IMG/VR virus record: IMGVR_UViG_3300032280_000195
Location: 1 to 27,145 of that record
Strand: one strand, 5' to 3'
From: a virus
Taxonomy: Duplodnaviria > Caudoviricetes
DNA length: 27,145 nucleotides
Shown here: in pieces, positions 1 to 5,902 of the stretch
Position numbering within the stretch: position 1 is the first letter of the stretch
How the letters are laid out: every line of letters starts with the position of its first letter
The notes under the pieces: model-generated
What the model was told of the DNA's origin: nothing
What the model saw: the letters and a program-made list of their open reading frames with translations, nothing else
Database searches by the model: none
Position numbers and translations under genes: made by a program

Positions 1-2
1 AC

Positions 3-656
3 AAAGCGTTTGCGAAGAAGCTCGGTGTGGACGCCGCCTACATCGACCGTTTCGTTGGGTGGGACGAGAATGTTACGAAGCTCCGGGAGATTCCCCACAC
101 CTGTACGGAACGCGAGTTGCTGATCCACTGCGTAGCGGCCAAGAAGATCATCGACATCTACCGCAGCACTGCGCACCCGGTGGTGAGCTTTTGGGATATG
201 TGCAGCAAGCTGATGGAGAAGTCGCTTTACGGCGGCGAAGAGGTGGTGTATAAATGCGTCACGTTCAGAAAAGAAGAGATCGTCTTGCCCTCGGGCATGA
301 CCCTCAAGTATCCGAACTTACGCAACGAATACGACAAAGAAACAAAGCAACGCAATTGGGTGTACGGTGAAGCTGGCGTCAAGCCAACCAAGCTGTACGC
401 TGGGAAGATAACAAACAACATTGTGCAGGGAACTGCGCGTGTGGTGATGACGGACGGTATGCTACGGGTGGACAAGAAGTACCCCGTGGTAGGCACAGTG
501 CATGATGAATTGCTCTGTGTCGTGCCTGACGCTGAGGTCGAGGGAGCCAAGGACTGGGTGCTGGAGCAGATGATTGCACAGCCCAAGTACATGCCCGGCA
601 TCCCGCTGAACTCAGAGGTCGGTGCACACCGCCGTTATGGTTTGGCAAAAGGTTAA
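3..656 (+). CDS. DNA polymerase family A, C-terminal part (5'-truncated by the window edge)
   Basis: Frame is open from the window start. Contains motif C 'TVHDELL' preceded by 'LYAGKITNNIVQGTAR', resembling the phage PolA YGGKxxENxxQ region. Ends in 'PLNSEVG..RYG'. Confidence 0.9.
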   Translation, partial: KAFAKKLGVDAAYIDRFVGWDENVTKLREIPHTCTERELLIHCVAAKKIIDIYRSTAHPVVSFWDMCSKLMEKSLYGGEEVVYKCVTFRKEEIVLPSGMTLKYPNLRNEYDKETKQRNWVYGEAGVKPTKLYAGKITNNIVQGTARVVMTDGMLRVDKKYPVVGTVHDELLCVVPDAEVEGAKDWVLEQMIAQPKYMPGIPLNSEVGAHRRYGLAKG

Positions 657-670
657 CAACAGGAGAAGCA

Positions 671-979
671 ATGAAGCAACTGACACTACCCAAGAAGATC
701 AAGGTAGGTGAGAACTGGTACAGCGTGGATATCGCTGAGTCGATGCGTGAGCGTCTGTACATGGGGGAGGTGCACTACGCCAAGCGCACCATCACCTTGG
801 CGCGTAAGTCGTACCACGGCATACCGCTCAAGCTGTCCGCACTGCAAGAGACGTTCTGGCATGAGCTGACACACGCCATACTTGAGAGCATGGACCGACC
901 TGACCTGAACAACGACGAGAACTTCGTCGAGGAGTTCAGCAGCAAACTCAATAAAGCAATTCAATCAGCGAGGTTCTAA
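671..979 (+). CDS. Small HExxH zinc-metallopeptidase-like phage protein
   Basis: AGGAGA RBS at 661-666; 'ETFWHELTHAIL' motif with downstream 'NNDENFVE' as a possible third ligand. Confidence 0.7.
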   Translation: MKQLTLPKKIKVGENWYSVDIAESMRERLYMGEVHYAKRTITLARKSYHGIPLKLSALQETFWHELTHAILESMDRPDLNNDENFVEEFSSKLNKAIQSARF

Positions 980-1644
980 TGACAGTTAAATGGTCACACT
1001 CAGCGCTCAAAGACTACGAGGGTTGTCCCCGTCGATACCACGAGATTAGGGTTCTCAAGAAGTACCCCTTCCCAGAGACCGAAGCCATTATGTACGGCAA
1101 GGAGTTCCACTCAGCGGCCGAGTTCTACATCAAGGACGACAAGCCGCTACCCCCGCAGTTTGAGTTCGTCAAGGACATGCTTGATGCGCTCAAGGCCAAG
1201 CCCGGTCGCAAGATGTGTGAGCACGAGATGGGTGTGACTGCTGACCTGCGCCCTTGCGGGTTCATGGCCGAGGATGTATGGGTGCGCGGGATTGCCGACT
1301 TGCTCATCATCGACGATGACAACTTGACAGCTCGCGTGGTCGATTATAAAACGGGCAACAACAAGTACCCGGATCGGGAGCAGCTTCGGCTGATGGCGTT
1401 GATGGTGTTCGTGCACTTCCCACACATCCGCAAAGTCAGCGGTGGTCTGCTGTTCGTGGTCAAGAACGACTTGGTCAAGGCCAGCTTCCTGCGCGGTGAA
1501 GCCGAGGAGTACTGGTGGGATTACCGGCAACGCGTTGCCCGCATTGAGAAGGCGCATGAGACCGGAGTATGGAACCCCAAGCCCACCCCTCTATGCGGGT
1601 GGTGCGCTGTTAAAACCTGTGAACACAACCGAAAGAGAGATTGA
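979..1644 (+). CDS. Cas4/RecB-like PD-(D/E)XK exonuclease
   Basis: 'WSHSALKDYEGCPRRY', 'GKEFH', 'RGIADL', 'VVDYKTG' and C-terminal 'LCGWC...C', giving a four-Cys Fe-S staple pattern. TAATG overlap with the upstream gene. Confidence 0.88.
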   Translation: MTVKWSHSALKDYEGCPRRYHEIRVLKKYPFPETEAIMYGKEFHSAAEFYIKDDKPLPPQFEFVKDMLDALKAKPGRKMCEHEMGVTADLRPCGFMAEDVWVRGIADLLIIDDDNLTARVVDYKTGNNKYPDREQLRLMALMVFVHFPHIRKVSGGLLFVVKNDLVKASFLRGEAEEYWWDYRQRVARIEKAHETGVWNPKPTPLCGWCAVKTCEHNRKRD

Positions 1645-1645
1645 T

Positions 1646-2128
1646 ATGCTGGAATGCGCTGTATGCAAAAAAGAAGTCCAGCGCCGCACACGCACGCAGC
1701 GTTTTTGTTCCTCTGCTTGCAGAGGCAAATGGAAATACTACTCGGGCGAAGTCAGTACGGACAGTCAGTACGAACGCATAAGCGGTAACTGGAACCGATA
1801 TTTACCGCGCCTACTGTATTTTGGCGGGCGTAAGAGGGACAAACTTACACGGGACATCTTGATGGCGCAGCTTGTTAAGCAAGATTTCAAGTGCGCTTTA
1901 TCCGGTGTTGAGCTAACGTGCAAGTTGGAGAAGGGCGTTAACTGCCCTACGAACGCGTCTGTTGATCGAGTAGTTGCAGGAGGTCCTTACACAGCAGACA
2001 ATATCCAAATGGTTTGCCGCGCCCTCAATGCGTGGCGGAGTGATACCACGGTCGAAGACTTTGTTTCGTGGTGTCAGTTAGTGGTTAATTTTCACAAGCA
2101 GAAAGAGGTATCGAATGGCAACGCGTAA
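1646..2128 (+). CDS. His-Me finger (HNH-like) endonuclease with N-terminal Zn finger; possible homing endonuclease
   Basis: ATG at 1646 follows the upstream TGA by 1 nt. N-terminal 'CAVC...FCSSAC'; C-terminal 'QDFKCALSG...SVDRV..GGPYTADNIQMVCRALN' beta-beta-alpha pattern. Confidence 0.72.
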   Translation: MLECAVCKKEVQRRTRTQRFCSSACRGKWKYYSGEVSTDSQYERISGNWNRYLPRLLYFGGRKRDKLTRDILMAQLVKQDFKCALSGVELTCKLEKGVNCPTNASVDRVVAGGPYTADNIQMVCRALNAWRSDTTVEDFVSWCQLVVNFHKQKEVSNGNA

Positions 2129-2354
2129 AAGAAATTATGCGAAAGAGTATCAGCGCGATCTGAAGACCGGCAAGTCCGGCCCTGAGTCAGACCAGCATGA
2201 GCGCCAACGTGCGCGGCGTGCGTACGACAAGAAAGGCGTTGACCGTGCAGGCAAAGACATCGACCACATCAAGCCGCTACGCAAGGGCGGCACATCCACT
2301 CCGGGCAACCTGAGACTGCGTGCGAAGAAAGCCAATCAAGGCGACAACAAATAA
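2115..2354 (+). CDS. Small HNH endonuclease
   Basis: GAGG RBS upstream; 'KDIDHIKPLRKGG...GNLRLRAKKAN' HNH pattern; basic N-terminus 'RNYAKEY'. Confidence 0.82.
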   Translation: MATRKRNYAKEYQRDLKTGKSGPESDQHERQRARRAYDKKGVDRAGKDIDHIKPLRKGGTSTPGNLRLRAKKANQGDNK

Positions 2355-2369
2355 ACATACGGAGAAGTA

Positions 2370-3929
2370 ATGGACATCATCGACGACAAGGCCGTCGTCT
2401 TCAGAACGCGCAACCCTGAAAAGTACAAGATCATCCCCAAGCACAAAGTCATCGAGCGTGATGATGGCGGCTTCGATGTTGCTGTGTACTGGGGCTTGGA
2501 CGAAGCGCGTGTTCTGAAGAACCTCGGCGTTAAAGAGATTCAGTCACCGATCATAAGGCGCTACAGCTGGCCCGGCAGGTACAAGCCGATGGCGCACCAA
2601 GTGGATACCGCTGCATTTCTAACCATGCACAAGCGGGCATTTTGTTTCAACGACCCCGGCACAGGTAAGACGCTTGCTGCGCTGTGGGCCGCTGACTACT
2701 TGATGAAGCTAGGCTTTGTGCGGCGTGTACTTGTGCTGTGCCCACTGTCGATCATGCACTCGGCGTGGCTCAGCGATCTGAACAACAGCATCATCCACCG
2801 CTCGGCTATCGTGGCGCATCACACCAAGTCATCGCGCCGTATCGAGATGATTCAGCAGGACTACGAGTTCGTGATCTGCAACTACGACGGGCTGAACCTG
2901 ATTGCCGATGAGGTCATCAATGATGGCCGCTTTGATCTGGTGATTGTCGATGAGGCCAACGCTTACAAGACCGTGACCACCAAGCGGTGGAAGACGCTCA
3001 AGTCCATCATCAATCCGAAGACGCACCTGTGGATGATGACGGGCACACCTGCATCGCAGTCGCCTGCGGATGCGTATGGGCTGGCCAAGCTGGTCAACCC
3101 CGACAACGTGCCGTTGTTCTACACAGGATGGCGCGACTCAGTGATGAACAAGATCACGCTGTACAAGTGGGCACCCAAGCCCGATGCACGCGACCGTGTG
3201 TTCCAAGCACTGCAACCAGCAATCCGGTTCTCCAAAGACCAGTGCCTTGACTTGCCACCAGTGATGACGCTTACCCGTGAGGTGCCGCTGACTCCACAGC
3301 AAGCCAAGTACTACAACCTGCTCAAAGACCAGATGCTGGTGCAGGCGGCGGGGGAGGTCATCACAGCGATCAATGCCGCTGCTATGCTGAGCAAGCTGCT
3401 TCAGGTCTCTGCGGGTGCTGCGCTGACCGATACCAAAGAGGTTGTAGAGTTCGATGCTGGCCCCCGCCTTGGCGTGCTTGAGGAAATTCTGGAGGAGACC
3501 AACCGCAAGGTCATCATCTTCGCGTTGTTCCGCGCCAGCATCGAGACCATCCAGCGGCACCTGACATCCCGAGGCATTACCAACGAGTGCATCCACGGCG
3601 GCGTGTCAGCAAACAAACGCGGCGACATCATCCACCGATTCCAGACCGACCCTGACCCAAGGGTGCTGGTCATGCAGCCGCAGGCTACAGCGCACGGCAT
3701 CACGCTGACAGCCGCTGACACCGTGGTGTTCTACGGCCCCTTGATGAGCGTTGAGCAGTACATCCAGTGTATTGCCCGTGCCGACCGCAAGGGTCAGGAC
3801 TCCGACAAGGTGACCGTCTTCCACATCCAGAGCTCCCCCGTGGAGGCCAAGATGTTTAAAGCCCTCGCAGCGAAAGTGAGTGATAGCTCACTTCTGACAG
3901 AGATGTTCACGCTTGAAATAAATTCTTGA
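2370..3929 (+). CDS. SNF2-family (SF2) helicase
   Basis: GGAGA RBS; Walker A 'DPGTGKT', Walker B 'IVDEA', motif III 'MTGTP', motif V 'HGITLTAA', motif VI 'QCIARADRKGQ'. Confidence 0.93.
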   Translation: MDIIDDKAVVFRTRNPEKYKIIPKHKVIERDDGGFDVAVYWGLDEARVLKNLGVKEIQSPIIRRYSWPGRYKPMAHQVDTAAFLTMHKRAFCFNDPGTGKTLAALWAADYLMKLGFVRRVLVLCPLSIMHSAWLSDLNNSIIHRSAIVAHHTKSSRRIEMIQQDYEFVICNYDGLNLIADEVINDGRFDLVIVDEANAYKTVTTKRWKTLKSIINPKTHLWMMTGTPASQSPADAYGLAKLVNPDNVPLFYTGWRDSVMNKITLYKWAPKPDARDRVFQALQPAIRFSKDQCLDLPPVMTLTREVPLTPQQAKYYNLLKDQMLVQAAGEVITAINAAAMLSKLLQVSAGAALTDTKEVVEFDAGPRLGVLEEILEETNRKVIIFALFRASIETIQRHLTSRGITNECIHGGVSANKRGDIIHRFQTDPDPRVLVMQPQATAHGITLTAADTVVFYGPLMSVEQYIQCIARADRKGQDSDKVTVFHIQSSPVEAKMFKALAAKVSDSSLLTEMFTLEINS

Positions 3930-3936
3930 AAGGGGG

Positions 3937-3964
3937 TTGCACCATCAAAAAATCCATGTAAACT
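3937..3964 (+). promoter_or_regulatory. Putative sigma70-type promoter
   Basis: TTGCAC (3937-3942), 16-nt AT-rich spacer, TAAACT (3959-3964) in one of the few intergenic gaps; AGGAGA RBS follows at about 3987. Confidence 0.5.
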
Positions 3965-3979
3965 GTCCAACGCTTGACA
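3964..3979. promoter_or_regulatory. Imperfect palindrome, candidate operator
   Basis: TGTCcAaCGcTtGACA (TGTC-N8-GACA) lying over the predicted transcription start. Confidence 0.4.
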
Positions 3980-3997
3980 AAAATATAGGAGAAAGCA

Positions 3998-4414
3998 ATG
4001 ACTGAAGACATCGAAGAAGCACCGGAAGTTGAAGCAATCCCGCTCGACAAGCTGGTCGCCATTCACACAAAGATCAAGGCCAAGATGGAAAGCCTTGATT
4101 GCCAGCTCGCTGAGCTGGACGAGACCCGCACGCAAGTGCGCCTCGCTATCAAAGACCAGATGAAGGCCCTTGGCCTGACATCGGTCCAGACCTCCACGGG
4201 AACCGTGTCGTTGACTAAGAAGACGCGCTACAACACACAGGACTGGGACTCGTTCAAAGCATTCGTGCTTGAGCATCAAGTCGTAGACCTGTTGGAAAAG
4301 CGCATCGCCCAAACCAACATGGCACAGTTTCTGGAAGAGAACCCCGGTGTTCTGCCGCCGGGTTTGAACTCAATCACTGAGTTCGACATTCGTGTAACCA
4401 AAGCAAGAAAGTAA
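3998..4414 (+). CDS. Hypothetical phage protein (coiled-coil N-terminus, replication module)
   Basis: Strong RBS, tight packing; helical N-terminal half followed by 'DWDSFKAFV...LLEKRI...LPPGL'. Function not assignable. Confidence 0.8.
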   Translation: MTEDIEEAPEVEAIPLDKLVAIHTKIKAKMESLDCQLAELDETRTQVRLAIKDQMKALGLTSVQTSTGTVSLTKKTRYNTQDWDSFKAFVLEHQVVDLLEKRIAQTNMAQFLEENPGVLPPGLNSITEFDIRVTKARK

Positions 4415-4421
4415 CGCAATC

Positions 4422-5417
4422 ATGAGCAACATTACGCTTTTCAATTCGTCCAACGTCCCCGCATTTGCTCGTAACAACGAGTTGTCTGACACAGCCCGAG
4501 CCCTGACAGGTGGTGGTGCTGGCGTATCTACCAAGCGCATCTCCATCAAAGGCGGCGTGTTCCGTCTGGTGGCAGGCGGCAAGGAGATCACCAGCATCGA
4601 CGACCGTCACCTCGACGTCATCATCGTCCGCGCTGCCCCCAAGGTCAGCCGCATTTTCTACGCAGGCGCATACAACGCCGAAGCGATTGTGCGTCCTGAC
4701 TGCTGGAGCAATGACGGCGAGAAACCTGACGCCAGCATCACGGCCCCGCAAAGCAACGCTTGCATGGGTTGCCCACAGAACGAAGCCGGTTCCGGTAACG
4801 GCAATAGCCGCGCCTGCCGCTTCCAACAGCGCCTTGCTGTTGTGTTGGCCAACAACCCTGAAGGTGATGTGCTGCAACTGACACTCCCCGCGACCAGCAT
4901 CTTCGGTAAGGAAGAAGGCGATAAGCGTCCCCTGCAAGCCTACGCCCGCTACTTGGCAGCGCAGACACCTCCGGTTAACCCCGAGCAGATCGTCACGCGC
5001 ATGAAGTTCGACACCAAGGCCGAGTCTCCCAAGCTGTTCTTCGCGCCTACGCGCTGGTTGACAGACGACGAGTACCCGATCGCAGTGTCGCAAGGCGAGT
5101 CTGACGATGCCAAGAAGGCTGTGGTCCTGACCGTGGCGCAAGCTGACGGCGTGAAGGCTGCCCCAATGAGCATCGGCGGTGCTGCTCCCAAGGCGGTAGC
5201 TAGAACCCGCCCGATGGGTGAGTTGATGGACGAGGAAGAAGACGCAGCGATTGCCGCTGAGCGAGCCAAGGCCGCTAAAGCTAAAGCCAAAGCTGCGCCC
5301 GTGGCCGAAGCTGCGACGGACGAGCCAGAGGTGCGCAAGGAGACAGCCAAGGCTGCTGCCGTGCCTGCCAAGAAGTCCAAGCTGGCTGACATCGTGTCCG
5401 ACTGGGACGACGAGTAA
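4422..5417 (+). CDS. Putative single-stranded DNA-binding/annealing protein with Zn-binding Cys cluster
   Basis: Beta-rich core with 'DCWS...CMGCPQN...RAC', Ala/Lys-rich linker and acidic-aromatic tail 'VSDWDDE' typical of SSBs; located in the replication module. Confidence 0.65.
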   Translation: MSNITLFNSSNVPAFARNNELSDTARALTGGGAGVSTKRISIKGGVFRLVAGGKEITSIDDRHLDVIIVRAAPKVSRIFYAGAYNAEAIVRPDCWSNDGEKPDASITAPQSNACMGCPQNEAGSGNGNSRACRFQQRLAVVLANNPEGDVLQLTLPATSIFGKEEGDKRPLQAYARYLAAQTPPVNPEQIVTRMKFDTKAESPKLFFAPTRWLTDDEYPIAVSQGESDDAKKAVVLTVAQADGVKAAPMSIGGAAPKAVARTRPMGELMDEEEDAAIAAERAKAAKAKAKAAPVAEAATDEPEVRKETAKAAAVPAKKSKLADIVSDWDDE

Positions 5418-5424
5418 TTGAATC

Positions 5425-5470
5425 GGGGGGAAAGCGGATGCTGACGTTGCGCAGTGCAGCGAGTACCCCC
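5425..5470 (+). ncRNA. Candidate structured RNA/ssDNA hairpin with bulged-G (loop E) motif
   Basis: GGGGG/CCCCC closing stem, GAA opposite AGUA, then GC/GC, a GGA bulge and UGC/GCA. No U-tract follows. Confidence 0.5.
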
Positions 5471-5481
5471 ACCTAAACACC

Positions 5482-5760
5482 ATGGCCTACTCACAAAAAA
5501 TCATTGATGACGTGATGAAGACTCCCAAGTCTCTGGGCAACCAGCTTGGGCGTTGGGCTATCCATTTGGATTTCCCCGTCACGAAAATCGCCTACGCCCT
5601 CGGCGTCACACGCCAGACCGTTTACAACTGGTTCAACGGATCAGAAGTCTTCGTCGCGTACCGCCACCGCGTGGAAACCCTTTTAACAATAATGCAGTCC
5701 TCAAACACAGCGGATGAGGCATGGAGAAGAATATGTCACGAGTACAACCTCAAGCCCTGA
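5482..5760 (+). CDS. Cro/XRE-like helix-turn-helix protein
   Basis: 'VTKIAYALGVTRQTVYNWFNG' is a classical HTH signature. Confidence 0.85.
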   Translation: MAYSQKIIDDVMKTPKSLGNQLGRWAIHLDFPVTKIAYALGVTRQTVYNWFNGSEVFVAYRHRVETLLTIMQSSNTADEAWRRICHEYNLKP

Positions 5761-5882
5761 CCGACGAAGAGTTGCTAAACCACATCTACATGGCCAACTA
5801 CAACGTGCCTGCCGAAGTCGTGCAAGAACTGTACAAGCGCTTCACCGAGCTGCTGGACACCGCCGAAGACGACCTCAAGTAA
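5733..5882 (+). CDS. Small acidic hypothetical protein (49 aa; absent from the ORF track)
   Basis: GGAGAA RBS at 5723-5728, ATG 5733, TAA 5880-5882: MSRVQPQALTDEELLNHIYMANYNVPAEVVQELYKRFTELLDTAEDDLK. Fills the gap before the primase. Confidence 0.7.
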   Translation: MSRVQPQALTDEELLNHIYMANYNVPAEVVQELYKRFTELLDTAEDDLK

Positions 5883-5902
5883 ACCGTTCCCGAAGGACCC
5901 CC

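Noticed and set aside
979-1644. Cas4-like gene as a sign of CRISPR-Cas
   Set aside because: No repeat-spacer array or other cas genes are visible; solo Cas4-like nucleases are common in phage replication modules.
1442-1645. N-terminal extension of the HNH-like ORF
   Set aside because: Lies within the exonuclease gene; ATG 1646 directly follows its stop.
5425-5470. Hammerhead ribozyme, tRNA or intrinsic terminator reading of the hairpin
   Set aside because: CUGACGU does not match the CUGANGA core and the three stems are absent; too short for a cloverleaf; no U-tract.
4374-5483. 369-aa - strand ORF and other shadow ORFs over well-supported genes
   Set aside because: Antisense to genes with clear motifs; typical of GC-biased codon usage.
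5714-5902. N-terminal extension of the primase ORF given in the track
   Set aside because: Overlaps the HTH gene and the 49-aa ORF; ATG 5903 has its own RBS.
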